A stretch of DNA of 64,000 nucleotides, taken from positions 124,001 through 188,000 of the forward strand of contig JBHGNT010000031.1 in assembly GCA_043228905.1 (NCBI GenBank), written 5' to 3'. The translations under genes and the position numbers were made by a program. The DNA comes from Azolla caroliniana. Taxonomy: Eukaryota; Plantae; Polypodiophyta. This document shows positions 38,001 through 51,790 of the stretch, piece after piece; position 1 is the stretch's first letter, and every line of letters begins with the position of its first letter. The notes beneath the pieces were generated by a model. That model had not been told where the DNA came from and ran no database searches. It saw only the letters and a program-made list of their open reading frames with translations.

Positions 38001-41000
38001 ATGTAAGTGCATTATGTGCATAAACAACTTTATTATGGAATCACAAACATGTATATTCTTCGTTGATTATCTATACATTGAATGTAGACTAGAAGAAATT
38101 TGTTATGTTCATATTCAAAAGGAGGGATAAAATGTATGGCCCATACTTTGTTTCTTGAATTAACTAAAAATTGTGAGGTGAGGAAACTAAGATTCTATTA
38201 GAAAGGGCAATAAGAGGGATATTGTGAGGTCTTTTTGGTGGCCTAAAATTATAAAAGACTTTCAAATCCAAGGATCAAGCACAAAACTTAGTGTCAGAAG
38301 GCTCACACATAACAACATAACATTACAACTTCAATATTCTATGATACTAAGCTAAAGTAGTTCCAATGAACCATGGTAGAAGGCAACACTTTGAACACGT
38401 CTTGTTCCAACATTAGATAAAAAATCCCTTTGTATGAAATTCTCAAATCATGCTTCAACATTACAAAGCATGAAACGGTACCAAGTATGACTTCTCTACA
38501 ACCATGATTGTGATTTGAGATGTATCCTAAGCATGTTCATTGTATGTGTGAATTCAAAATTTGATATCCTAAATATAAATTCAACCTTTTTTTATATCTC
38601 TAACATATTTCTTGTTTGTCTAGCCCCAACTCAAAATGAATACAAATTTCATCAACAATTCATCTTGTAATTCAATAGGATTTGTATTTGAAAGTTATGC
38701 ATTGATCACTATTTTTGTTGCTACTTCAAAATGATCAATTTCCTCGACCCTCCAAAATGCACCAAGGAAATAATCCTCAAATTCATCCACACGCAAATGG
38801 TCACACAAAAGGCAAGGATTGATGCCTTTTAACTAGGATATCAATATGCAAGAGGAGGACCATCGATTCCCTCTCCAACCAAAGGCCCCCTATTTACATG
38901 CTTCATTTGTGGGCTTGTCTAGTAGGGAATAGTCTAAGTGGACATGTAGTGCAAGGATGGATGATCACACAATGGGAGTCTATCAATGAATAATAATTTC
39001 TTGAGGAGTTGATACTAGATTTTTGTTTAGACTAATAAGAATGATGGTTATAATTGTTTTAGTTAGTTTTAGATTTAGTTGGTAAGTAAGGTGATAATCA
39101 CGACGTGATAAAGAGATGGGTGTGTTTCGTAGAACTGAATTGTTGCTTCTTGGATAATGGAAAACGTTTATGTTGGAGGCCAAAAATTATATCTTGAGGT
39201 GAGTTTCTATAAATGATGTGTTGCTTTATTCTATTCACGAGACCTATATGTTTGTGTTTTTGGAACATGTTATATTAGTGTGTCGACATATATAGGCCGT
39301 CTTTGGTGTCAAGTTTTGATAAAAGCCATTCGACCCTGATATATTCCTGACATTTATCACCCTGCCAAAAGTAATAATTGTGACATTAATGAGTAAATAA
39401 TACCACCAGTTGCAATACAATATTTTGAAATGGATACAAAAAATCGGGTTCAAATGGAAATCTCACATTTCAATTGCTTCATTCACATACATAATTATGT
39501 AGTTGTAGGGTGTTCTTACTATATTGTCTATGTTGTGTGTTTGTGGCTTCGTTATTAATATAGAAGGACGAGGTATAACCACATTTTGTTTTGTTAGTGG
39601 ATAAGGGAGTTGACATAACAAAAGCATTAAGCTACTAAAAAAGGGATGAACAAAGAGTTTGGTGTTTGTTACTCACAATGTGTGCGACATGTCATCGCAA
39701 AAGAAGACACGTCGATATCTAAGTATTATCCAGGAAAGCAAACCTCACAAATGTTTAGGATTTCATGTTTGGCTAGCTACTGGATCACTCAGACCCCCAA
39801 AAAAATGATTAATGTTCATGATACCTAATCACATGCATAAGATACGATGGCATGTTTGTTCTTGGTCGGTCAATGCTTGAGACCGTCGAGCAACGAGAAG
39901 GTGTAGCAGGCAGAACATGCTCTTAGGATCGGAAGCGGGGAGGCGAGAGATCAAATTATGCAATGAATGTAGTCCACGCTACTTACTTCATGGGGGCGAG
40001 GAACCTTACATGCAATCGTAAGCTAGGCTACAACAACATGTTTTGCATACAAAGAAGATGGCAATTAAACTACCGTATAATAATAACAATAACAATAATA
40101 ATAGTAATAATAACAATAATAGTAATAACAATAATAATAGTAATAATAATAGTAATAGTAATAGTAATAATAATAATAATAGCTCCTATGGGAAGAAATT
40201 GGAGATGGGGATGAGATGGGGAGCTGATGAAATATGGGTATATATGTATTTGCGAATGTGTGTGTGTGTACTGTCGGGATGTAAATATCATGCAATGATT
40301 TATATACGAGATGGGGGCATAGGGTGTATAGAGATATGTATTCAAGAGATGGCCGGGAAGGATCAAGCAAGAGATAACGAGTATACGAGCTCGAAAAACT
40401 TGTTTTCGAGCCGGGGGGGCGTGTTCACACCTGGCCACTGGAGCTGGTGGCTTGGACCCCGGAGGCAACGTCCCCTTGGAAAGACCCGCCGTCGCAATAC
40501 CTCACGTGGACACGGTTCCAATCGTAGAAATCTGTCACACAAAGGCAGGCAGCCAAAAAGACCAGTCTGAGATTTTCTCTGTTTCTTTTTTTTAGGGTTT
40601 CTGAATTCCCAATCGTAACGATGGAGGAGCAGATAACACAGACAGACACAGAGAGAGAGAGAGAGAGAGAGACCTGGATTCTGCGTTGCCGAATTGCTGA
40701 GGAAGCCTCCGAAGCCGAAGGCTGTCATGTAATCGGAGGATCCCAGATTTGTGTTGCTCCGATCCAAGCAATCCGATAGACTGCCGCACCATCCCCCGCC
40801 CTGAGATATAAAATCAATCAAAATTTTCATCATCGTCGCTTACTAATCCAACCCCCCTAATCGGGTTTGATCCATCATCCAATCCAATCCAATCCAAATC
40901 TGCAGGTTTCTTGCACACTTCACCTGTAAATGGACAATCCACTTATTTGCTCCCGATCCGCTCCCTGCATCTATGCTGTAAGCTGGAGCAGTTCCATCCA

Positions 41001-41357
41001 AGCAAACTGCAAAAATCAAACATACACACACCCATTCAAATCCAAATCCAAGGACTCTGAAATTCGAATCCCACGCCAGTTCAATCATCGTTACGTAGTT
41101 AGCTACTGACTGGGAGATTCATGGCCGACTACTAGTGAACGAATATTCCATTTACCTGCGCCTTGCTGTGTTGCAGAGGAAGGGAGGAAGATGAGGGGAG
41201 GCTGGGCGTGAGCGATTAGGATAGGCATGCCGCCTCGATCATCAGAAAATTTACACGACAATAGCAGCGATTGAGTGAGCAGAAAGATGAGGAGGATCAT
41301 GAGATTACTAATTCTGCAATGGTGGTTAGTACTACTACTACTCATCATCATCATCAT
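35080..41357 (-). CDS. Pectin acetylesterase (PAE/Notum family), 12 exons, ~419 aa, probably secreted
   Basis: Exons 41357-41156, 41006-40924, 40800-40674, 40531-40431, 37972-37886, 37751-37627, 37261-37201, 37115-37068, 36978-36901, 36822-36717, 36575-36433 and 35178-35080. All introns are GT-AG with consistent phases; total 1260 nt. Motifs [58 protein letters not shown] and [11 protein letters not shown]. Hydrophobic N-terminal segment. The exact start Met is uncertain. Confidence 0.95.
40077..40181. repeat. (AAT)n-type microsatellite in PAE intron 4
   Basis: Run of aat/aac/agt triplets. Confidence 0.95.
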
Positions 41358-41674
41358 CAGATGAATGAATGAATGAACTGTGGATTGATGATCCAAATCC
41401 AATCCTTTTTAATCTTCCGACAGACTGTTGTCTCTGATTTCATATATTTATACAGACGAATTAAACAATAATGGAATACCACTTTTGGTGTGCATTGTAC
41501 AGCTCAAGCTCCATTGGACTACTCCTCTCTCAGTCACAAATTTTTAAACATAATTTAAAAAGAGCAAAAAAAAAGGGAAACAAATTATAAAGAGTGGAAG
41601 GACAAAGATAAAATTTAAAAGCTCCCAAAAAACCTTCATATTCATGGGGTCTCACAACCATGGGCCGATCAATT

Positions 41675-41829
41675 GAACAAACAATTGAAAGATTCACAAA
41701 CACCTATACAATTTGTCATTATCTGAGGATCGTTGACGAGGATGCAATATCGAACAGACAATCGAAAGATTCACAAACACCTATACAATTTGTCATTATC
41801 TTGAGGATCGTTGACGAAGATGCATTATC
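41675..41829. repeat. Tandem duplication, 2 x ~77 bp, upstream of PAE
   Basis: gaaca(a/g)acaat(t/c)gaaagattcacaaacacctatacaatttgtcattatct..gaggatcgttgacga.gatgca.tatc occurs twice. Confidence 0.9.
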
Positions 41830-44800
41830 TCCCATCCATCGTTGGCTCACAAAATTCAAAATTGTATCGATCACAATCTCGGCCCGCTTCAATAATCTCG
41901 CTACTTCGGATCGTTCATGCCCATCTGTACTCAAGAATGACGGGTTGGATATAAAAAAAGAAAAAAAGAGCCGTCGAGGAATTGAACATGTTGGTATGGA
42001 CTCATCATCGATCATTGGCCCCGCATGGTCTACCTATTCAGGATTCTTGTTCATAGTGTTGTTTAGATGTCAAGCCTATGTGTGTGTGTGTGTGTGTGCA
42101 TGCACATAAGATTGGTGTGAATACTAAGAATGGTGGCACAAAAAAGTCTTAGAAAGAAAAGCTAATGGAACCAATCTTAACTCACTGATGTTAACTAGTT
42201 AAAGGATATGGGACTAGTATTACATCCAACTCTCGAGTGACTATTGTGTGCCAAATACCTCATTGAATGCGGGGGGACTCTCTAAGGAAGTATGATATAA
42301 GACACTTGAATTCACTATGATATATGACCTATGAACCTAATGGATTCGACATATTATGCATGGCACCTAATTATCCAATGGGCCCTATCTTAATATTGGA
42401 CTCTACTTTTGTTGTTACATAGTATTACAAATTATACCAGCAAATTTATGGACAAAAACAAGATACCCACATAATATACGCGTTGGTCTCATCTCTTTCT
42501 CGGAAATTAGTGGTAGGCATGTAGTTCATGAGCTACATTGAAAATTTTCTATTCAAGCATGTGGCCATGCTAGCTTAAATATGATACGATGTGCTTGATC
42601 TGATCATGATCATAACCCTATATTGCTTGGAGTAAGCTTGAAAGGCACAATGGATATTGATCATTCATAGGATCACACTTAACACATATCATCATCCATA
42701 AAAGTGGATCTCCTTGTGCTATGTTACATGGTCCCCATTAATAAGTCATGAGATATGACCATTTCTATGCGTTTCTAATAATACTCATAAATAGTGTGGT
42801 TACCTTATAATAATCGATATTTCCTTTCTTGCTCATAGAATTTTGTCCATACGCATTGGTGTTTTATCCAATGTTAAACTAGTCTTCGCATGTCTTAATG
42901 GGCGTGGCTAAGCAATTGACAACTTGCAATGCATATGATTGAGTTCATATAATTAACATTCATTGCCTTGCTCGGGTGTGTGCGCGTGCGTGTGTTCATT
43001 GTTTAAAATGACCCAGGAATGGAAAGATTTCATAAAAGTGGACCAAAGCAAATATATAAAAAGTGTATACCTTAGGGAACTCGTCCATTTTTTTTATGAT
43101 TCTCACACATTTTTTCTTCAATGAGAAGGTTTTTTTGTCGTTTTTATTTGATATGTTGTTCACTTAAAGGTTTCTAGTTTAGTCATCACTACATTTACAA
43201 GTTAGAATTGTCCCGTTTACAAAAACATGTTGTGCCTAGGTATCGGAACCATGCCTAGATATATTTTGTTGTGCAGCAAACAAGTTTATTAAAAAACAGA
43301 TATAGAATAATAGATGGTTATTATTTAGTTCAAAAAATGTTGCACTATTCTTAAAGAAAGCCGCCATATTTTTGCAACATCCACATTTTTAATTATCAAA
43401 AGGAGCACTTCCTTTTTCACATTTGGGCTGTGCTTTCCCATTGGTGGAAATGCATCCTTAATGGTGAGTTTTATTATACGTAGAGTCGCGTGTAGAATAT
43501 GTCAGAATCAACTTTAAGATGCTCAATACATTAGTAAAAGTTGGATATTGCTAAAAATAATGGCTTACAAATTTTTTCGCCCTCCCTCTTGTTCTAGCAT
43601 CACACTAGACTCTCATGTTTTGGTTCCATAGGTAAGATTTGACCTCAGAGGATGGCTTCTTCACAAACACATAGGCTAAAAATTAATCTCTCGTTGTCAC
43701 ATTGATTATATTCCTTTAACCCTTCACTTCATCCATGATGGAACTAATTTTCAATGTGTATACGCGCACTGCCTTTGATACCTAGAAAGGTCTCTGATCC
43801 ACCCACATATTTAATGTGGTCACGAAACTAATATTTTCGTCTTTCCCTTTGATACTATTTAGCTAGAGGGGAATATTTGGTGTAGGTGTGCACGCGCTAC
43901 TTGATTTAAATATTCCTTGAGATGTATATCTTTGTTTTAAAAAATTATTGATAATTGGATGTGCCCTTTTTATACCAATAAAAATTTGTCACTTTCCCCA
44001 TGGAATACCCTTTTGTAAATCAATATTGTATAACCAACACATCTTACACGTGAAGCACCACATATCATAATAATATAATCATTGTTAAGAAATAGACAAA
44101 ATCTTGCGCGGCATTATCTTCGATGAATGCAAAAACCTTTGCAAAAACAAAATTCTTGCATATTATCCATAACATCTTTTACTAACACAAGAGCTAATAG
44201 TCTAACATTGAATTGCATTCTACCATTTCAATTTGGCTACTCTCTCTTCAAACTAAAAAGGGTTCTTTAGTCCAAACTATCACTTCATTGTATGGCGTTG
44301 CTCATATTCTAAGAGGTATTCTTTAAAGTGGTTTGCATATTAGGAGGAAAAAGGTGCAGTTTTGATTCATAACATAACATCCTCCTTGATATCGCCTTAA
44401 TTGTAATGTAAAGTCTTGCACGAAACTTGCAAGTTAAAATTCATGAAAACAATACATAAAGGGAAGAAAAAACTTACCTAAATAATTGAATAGTTATGAC
44501 TAAGATTGTTGGGCTCTATGCGTTGTTTGAAGATAGGATTTCAATAAAACAAATATTAAAACATGAAAATATGGAAGGATTGAGATTGCTAACTAGTTTC
44601 CTCAAATTTCTCTAGTATCTTAATGATAAAAGCTATTATATAAAACATTGATCAAAGATGCAAACATTTTTTTTTTCCAAAAAATTATGCTACCCATTAG
44701 TTAGGAAGAAATACAGGAGGTATCATATGTACAAGGGCCGAGCCTCATATAGAGCTCCGTGGCTTCGATTAACTCTAAACTAGAGGGATCATTCTACAAT

Positions 44801-45297
44801 CCAAGGACAGTGGGGGGATGTCGCAAACCTTTATGCCCATAATACCATGCATAAATTAGATTGAAATAACCTAGACTCCTAATGTTGTAAAGCACAACCG
44901 TTACCACTACCTATCATGTTTAAATATTTCAAAATGTGATTGAAAGACCTTCCCAAATAATTTCGGGAATTTGGATAGAGATTGTGCATAATCTTAGAGC
45001 GTTGTTGGATAGTATAAAAGGTAACACTCACCAAGCAGAGCTTAAGCTTTTGGAGTTTCATGCCATTTGGGACATAAGTATATTTTATAGACAGTTTGTT
45101 GATAAGGTGGAATGGTTTTTCCACCTTATGAACAAGTCGTCTATACAATATTGCGGTCCCCGCTGCCTTGAGGAGGAAATGGAATAAGCTACAAGGCAAG
45201 ACATGGTTTTAGGATGGGAGAGGATTAGAGAAGGAGGTTGGGCATGGACTTGTGGGGAGGGACTATGTCCTTTGTGGGAGACTTCACAATTGATTTC

Positions 45298-45593
45298 ATG
45301 AAATTAATCATGTGGAACATACAAGGTCTAGGCGGTAGCAAATGCATGATGGAGAGGAAGAACTTCCGTCAAGAGTTCAAATCCCCGAGCTTTAAGGGGA
45401 TCCTAGACATTTTGCTCTTGCAAGAGCACCATTTGAGTGTGAACAAAATCTTGAGTATTGGCAATCCTCTTGTGGGGGATTGGCATACTTTTTGGTCCCA
45501 AGCTCAGGGTGAGCATGGTAGAAAAGGGGGTGTTACATCTATCAAGAATAATCCAAATACTATTGTTGTGGGCCAGGACACCATAGTGGAGGG
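45298..45593 (+). mobile_element. L1-type LINE ORF2 start (APE endonuclease), cut off by a Copia insertion
   Basis: MKLIMWNIQGL...DILLLQEHHL...GRKGGV are APE N-terminal motifs. Ends at the LTR start at 45594. Confidence 0.8.
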
Positions 45594-46783
45594 TGTTGAG
45601 TGAGCAAAACTTGGACTGGATCGGTGGGAGCCAGAAGGCTGTTGGAAAGATATTCCGCGAGGGGATATATTTGGGAGTAAGTGTAGGGGCTCATTTATGA
45701 GCATTCAAGTACTGATGGTACTTGTGTCAGTCCTTTTAAGGACTTGTATAAAAGTGCTCTTTGAGCACATTTGATGTACAAAGTATTCATGATTTGAAAT
45801 TGAAGTGTTATTTTCTGATCTCTCTCATTGTGTATCCATTCTTTGTGTTTACCTAACTGTCGAGTTCCGAACAATTGACTGTGTACTTGGTGTCTATCAC
45901 ACACGCTTTCGCACATGAATACTTTTACATGGTATTAGAGCACGAGGGTTGAGAATCCTCTATAGCTGACAGAAAAGCAATCGAACAAGACAGAGACAAG
46001 GTAAAAGACAGGAACATGGACAAAGGAATGGGAAGCTCGCTTCCGACTGAAAAGCGTGACAAGAGCAACTACGCATCTTGGTCGTACAAGATGCACCAAT
46101 ACCTGCTTGGGCATGGTTACTAGAGTTATCTCGAAGGAGCTAATGATGCAACACCCGAATCGACACACAAAGATTTCCTGGCCTAGGAACATGCGGCGAG
46201 CAGAGTTCTATATTGCTTCACATCCTGTGTGAGTGACCAACTTTTGAGCTACATTCGGGATGCCAATATGTCAAAGGATGTGTGGACGAATCTCAGAAGG
46301 ATTTTCGCCGCCAACACAATGACCAGGAAGTTGCAACTCAGGCAGGATCTCAACAATGTTTGACAGAAAGATATGTTTGTGGCCGATTATACAACCTGAA
46401 TCAAGGAGATCTGCGACTCCCTTGCCACCATCATCGTGAACGTCGAGGAGGATGAAACAGTGCAGGTCTGTCTCCAAGGGTTGCCATCAAAGTTCGCAAC
46501 ATTTCGAATGGCGGTCTGCACGAGGGAGAATACGACTTCATTTTTCGAGCTATAATCGATGTTGTTCATAGAAGAAAACCACTTGGATGCGTTGATGAGT
46601 ACACATATCGACATCAAGATACTGTACACGGAGGTGGATCGAGCTTGTGGTCGTGGTGGACGAGACGGGTCGGCGCGCAATGGAGGCGGCCAACAAGGCA
46701 TAACTCGAGGCATAATTGAAATGCCGACAACAGTTTTAAACCCTCCACGAGTAGGGAGAGTCAAGGCGGCGCCAGAGGTCGGT
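45594..46783 (+). mobile_element. 5' part of a Ty1/Copia element (LTR, PBS, gag)
   Basis: LTR 45594-45929 (TGTTGAG...TTTACA). PBS TGGTATTAGAGC at 45930. Gag MGSSLPTEKRDKSNYASWSYKMHQYLLGHGY from ~46028. Interrupted at 46784. Confidence 0.88.
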
Positions 46784-46883
46784 TGTCAGGAATAATACTG
46801 AAACAGAGAGGGAATTAGTACAAAGAGATGAAGATTAGTACTAAGAGGAAAAGAGGATGTAGAATAATCGAGAAAAAAGTAGA
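46784..46883 (-). mobile_element. Short terminal piece of another LTR
   Basis: Abrupt break in gag at TGTCAGGAAT (minus-strand end ...TTCCTGACA). AG-rich. Cut by the LINE tail after ~100 bp. Only one end is visible. Confidence 0.5.
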
Positions 46884-49800
46884 GAAAGAAAGAAAGAAAG
46901 ATGTATTAACGTCTTCTAAGGCCAAATTTGGCCCATGAGACAATTGGTTTACAACAATAGAGTATTTATCCAGTCATCATAACTAAAAATAAAATTAAGT
47001 AAAAAAAAATAGAACTTAAACTAAAAGAGTTCTAGTAGTGTACAATATGTAGTATACTCGAAAGTGACTATACACTAAGCCTAATTTTATTTCCACCCAA
47101 GCCTCTCGAAAAGAAGTGGGGGGTCAAAGGGACTTGATGTGGGTTCCAATGTAGAGAGTGCCCTAGCCATGGCTTCTAGGCGGTGTAGCTCACGTTCCCT
47201 TATTTTTAATATTGCTTCCACATCACGTTGAGTTGTTTTGAAACCCGGCACCCGAGGACGTCTGATTCTTCTCTGGTTTTCTGCCTCATCAATGGAAAGG
47301 CCGGGTGGTGCAAGTGTGTCGGCATTCGTTGTCTCCTCAGGTTCCTGAAAAACTGCATTTGTTACATGTTCGTGATCATTAGCAACATTATTGTCAACAT
47401 TTTATAATTTATTCTCTCTGTGTTGTTTTAGCTCTAGAATGTATTTGCCTAATTTCTTTATATCTAGAGTATCTAATAGTTTGGGGAGGGTGGGAGACGG
47501 ACCAAGTATGTCTTGGTATTTTGCCCTTATCTCGGCATAGGTTGGACACTTGCATGTAAAGTGGTACTCATCCTCTATCTCTATGTGACATAACCTACAT
47601 ATCCTTTCCTCCCTAGGGACTCCACTAGTACGGCCATTTTCAATCTCAAGTTGGTGAGACGATATTCTAAGTTGTCCAATGGCAACCCTTAGTGCATGTG
47701 GTAAGAATACATTTAGATATTTTGGCCGTGTGATAAAACCTAACTCAGAGAAGTGCATGAAGTGTTTCTTATAGTACGACATTTTAGATGGGAGTGGCTC
47801 TAGTGGGGTGATCCATTTACACCGAGTGTAAAATTGCCATATTTCTTGGCGTATTACTTTATTGCGGTTCTCATGAGAGATTAAGGTGTTATCACTCGTG
47901 TGGTTGTACCTAAGGGGAGGTAGGTTATTAATGTCTAGACCATTCGCAAGAAGCCAAGTCACCATCATGCCATACCATGAGCTAGTATAGCCGGACTCAT
48001 ACAATGATCGAGAGGCCTTAAAGGCTTGATGAGATATTCTATCATGTGGTTGGCTATGTATCCTATCAATAAAGACTACAAGTTGAAAAAGTGCCTCTAC
48101 TAGCATTGGGGGTAACGTGAACTCGGCCCTAATAATGTCATGTGGTACAGTCGATTTGCTTCGGAGTTGGCGTGATAGCATCATCACCAATGGTCTCTCT
48201 AATTGCGTCCACATGAAGGATGGTAATCCTGGAGCCCAAACCGCTGATGCATACATGAGGGAGGGGGTCACTAATGAGTCAAAGAGCCACCCTTTAGTCC
48301 GTGGCTCTTGAAAGTGTGCTTGGTGGCATTGTCTCTCTAGGAGTGAGAGGGATGCATGTCCTCTCGTGAGTCTATCCTTCGCTGCCTGTGTCATCGAAAA
48401 TTTACCTGAGCGGGCACTAAAAGTGACTCCGAGATATACGTACGATCCAACCACCTCGACTGGGCTATGGGAGATAGTTAGGTGACACTTAGCTCTAACT
48501 TGGGCCGATGTGTGGAAGATAAGGACTTTCGTTTTCCCTAGATTCACTACCAATCCTCGTTGTACACAAAAGTCATCTAAGGCATTGAGGTGCCTCTGTA
48601 GGTCGTGTTCGGATTCAGAGAGCAAAACTATGTCATTCGCATAGAGCAAGATACGAACCTGCGTATCCCCAAGGACCACTCCGGTGCCTCCCTCACGAGC
48701 AATAAAATCTGTGATCTCATCAATGTAGATCCCAAAAAGCGTCGGTGATAGGGGGCAACCTTGTTTTACACCAATAGTGCTAGTGAAACGATTGGATAGG
48801 CCACCTGGGCATCGGACACACCCGGACACTTGTTCATATAGTGCGTAGATGGCCCATACCATATCATCTGGTATCCTCAAGCTTTTAAGTCTATCAGACA
48901 ACCGATCTCTAGGGACTGTGTCAAAGGCTTTGCGGAAGTCCACAAAACAACAATATAATCTCTTCTTGCGAGCCCTAGTTTGGTCAATTAGGCATCTAAG
49001 TGTGAAGATGTGATCAATAGTGGAGAAGGCTCGTCTAAAGCCAGCTTGTTCAGGTGCACGAAGGTTTAGGGTCTCCATGTAGTCGCTAAGCTCTGCTTCC
49101 ATTACTGCACCATATAACTTAGCAAGGGTATGGCCTATCATAATGGTCCTATATGTATTTGGGTCCATGGGGTCCCCCCCTTTATGTATGGGGGTCACTG
49201 TATTCATAGTCCACTGTGGTGGAAAACCCTCCGCAAGGGCACGATTGAAGATTAGAGTTAGCAAGGGAGCTAGGCACTCTCTCGCATATATAATGTGTTC
49301 TGCTCGCAATCCTGTGTGGTTCATGGACTTCCTATGTTGTAATTTCTTTATGACCTTCATGACCCTAGAGGTCGTGAAAAGTGTCCCCGTGGTAGGCCGG
49401 GGTGTGGAAGGCATTGGAAAAGGTGGTTGGTTTGGGATTTGGTAAAGTCTCTCTGTATATGTGTGCCAAGTTTCGGGATCTTCGATGGGTGTTTGTGGTC
49501 TTGGCTCCCGTAGTCTCTTCCATGCTGTGGCGCAATCGCTACTCATGAGCATATGGTAGAGTTCCCAGTATTGGGATGCCTCCCACGCTCGTCTCTTACG
49601 ACGTGTCATCTTACACATTTCTTTGCGAGCTTGTGTGGAGGTAATACTACCATTGAGTTGCGATACTGTAAGTTGTCTATGTAGGTCCCTACAATCCTCG
49701 TCATACCATTTATTTTGTGGCATTGATCCTGATCTACCTTGATTTGAGTGTTTTGTATATGGGAAACTGCTAGCTGCTGCGGAGTGAAGGATGTGTGTGA

Positions 49801-50281
49801 GTTTTGTACTAAGGCTTTCTAATGGTAGAGAGGGATCAATGGAGGGGAGACGGGCCTGAACATGTTGAGAGTATATGTCAGAGAGCTCATGTGTGAAATG
49901 TATTGTGGTGTGACGGCATGGTTGACTAGACTTGGTGACCTTAGAGATATCACATTTTAGCTCGAAGTATAAGAAGCTATGGTCTGCGCCAATAGGGCAT
50001 GGGGCCACTCGGAAGGAGTTAATCAAGTGGGTAGCTGTCGGGCGCCCTATTAGATAGTCAACTGTGCTTTCCCCTCCTCCATGTGGGAAACATGTGGGCT
50101 CTTCCGAGCCCGGCCACTTAGCTAAACCATTATATATGACCATCTGGTGCCGACTGCCAAGTTCGAGCAGGTGATGGCCAAAGCTCGTGGCGTCCGCACC
50201 TTGATCCTTTGATCTACGTGTGGTGCCTATGTCTAAAGGATCAACATTTACCATTTCTAGGTTTCTATTCATCTGAAATAC
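46884..50281 (-). mobile_element. RTE-like non-LTR retrotransposon (APE C-terminus, RT, CCHC-like domain, 3' UTR)
   Basis: 956-aa ORF 50272-47402 with STVDY/ADH (APE), FVDFRKAFD, GVKQGCPLSP, LLYAND (YADD mutated), YVYLG and CRLC..H..C. The frame continues past the stop to 47087. 3' hairpin 46920-46933, AATACA and a (TCTT)n tail. The 5' part is displaced by the chromovirus. Confidence 0.93.
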
Positions 50282-50497
50282 TGTGCAAAAGGATATATTA
50301 TGTGAAAAGAATATACAAGGATAGCTAGGAGGCTTAAGACTGGCGTTGAACTGATTTGATTCTCGTTAATGCCATGTGCCTATTTTTATAGTGGCTTTAG
50401 GAATACTCTTGACATTTCTAGAATGTTCTAGAGAAATCTAGAATATACATGGATTTCCTGAGTGAAATAATAAATGGAAATAATATTCTTTATATTA

Positions 50498-50574
50498 CAA
50501 TGTATAGCTTAATGGTAAGGCTTTGGTCTATGTGCTACAAGGTCATGGGTTCAAATCCTTTTGAAGCCATACCA
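50498..50574 (+). promoter_or_regulatory. tRNA-like A/B box cassette inside the chromovirus LTR, antisense to the element
   Basis: A box TAGCTTAATGG at 50505-50515 and B box GGTTCAAATCC at 50548-50558, 43 nt apart, followed by TTTT and ...ACCA. Confidence 0.65.
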
Positions 50575-51790
50575 TGGTAAATCATGACACTATCCCCCCC
50601 CCCCCTTAGACGACGAGTGCTACGAGTTGTCTTAGATGGAGGACCTGGCTTGTTGGGATATTGTTGATGAAAGTCCTCAACAAGAGCTCGAGCATTTACC
50701 ACATTCTCGACTGGTTCCCAAGTACGCACACTTGGACTATAGCCTAGCCAATCGACCAAATAGTAGAGCTTGTTGCAAACAATCTTGGAATCGAGGATGG
50801 CAACTACTTCGTACTCCGGTCCGGCTTCAAGCTTGATCGAGGGTGGAGGTGGTGTAATACGATTTGGAATAGTATTGTGGTGATACGATTCGAGAAGAGA
50901 ACTACGAAAAACCGGATGTATCCGTAGTTGTGGAGGTAGATCTAGACGAAAAGCGACATCATTATTTTTTCCGATAACACGAAAAGGACCTAATCGCTGA
51001 TAGTCCAATTTATGCATGGGCGAGTAGTCTTGATGTGTCGTAATAGCCATACCCGATCTCCAATGTTAAATCTAGATGGAAGTCAATGAAGATCCGCATA
51101 ATCCTTATGTGTTTGTTGAGCTTGTTGTAAATGAGTAGATAAATCCGCTTGTATCTTGCGTAGTCGCTCCAAACGATCCTCTACAGAAGGATTTGTGGGT
51201 AACTCTGAAGTTTCGAATACACACCACTGGGGATGATAGCCCGTATAAGCATAAAATGGTGTAACCCTAGTCGATGAGTGGACAGAGTTATTATATGCAA
51301 ATTTGGCAAAGTGGAGAATATCCGCCCAGCCATCTTATTGTAGCTTAGAAAACACCGAAGATACTGTTCCAATGTTTGATTCGTTTGTTCTGTTTGTTCG
51401 TCTGTTTGCGGGTGATATCCGGAGGAGAGATTACAAATGACCTTGAACATTTTGAAGAGATGCTTCCAGAATTTCGAGATGAATTGGGGTCCACGGTTGC
51501 TGATGATGCTATCGGGGAGGCCATGATGCTGACATACCTCTCGCATGACAGTTTCAACAATTTCTTCATTAATGATTTCCTTAGTACAAGGCAGAAAATG
51601 TGCCATCTTTGTATATCGATATACTATTGTTATGATCACGTGGAATCCCTTTGAAACTAGAAGATCTGTGATGAAACCTAGAGAAATGGATTGCCACAGC
51701 TTGCTTGGAATTGGTAATGGTTCCGATAAACTATATGGATGATGTCTTGGCATCTTTGCTCTGCAACATGTATCACATGTCCGAACATAG

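Noticed and set aside
39963-40570. Poly-N/I/Y ORFs, and the LS-repeat ORF at 27873-28187
   Set aside because: Artefacts of intronic microsatellites.
42700-44500. Possible very old TE relics here, at 1000-2300 and at 38900-39500
   Set aside because: No motif could be identified with confidence by eye.
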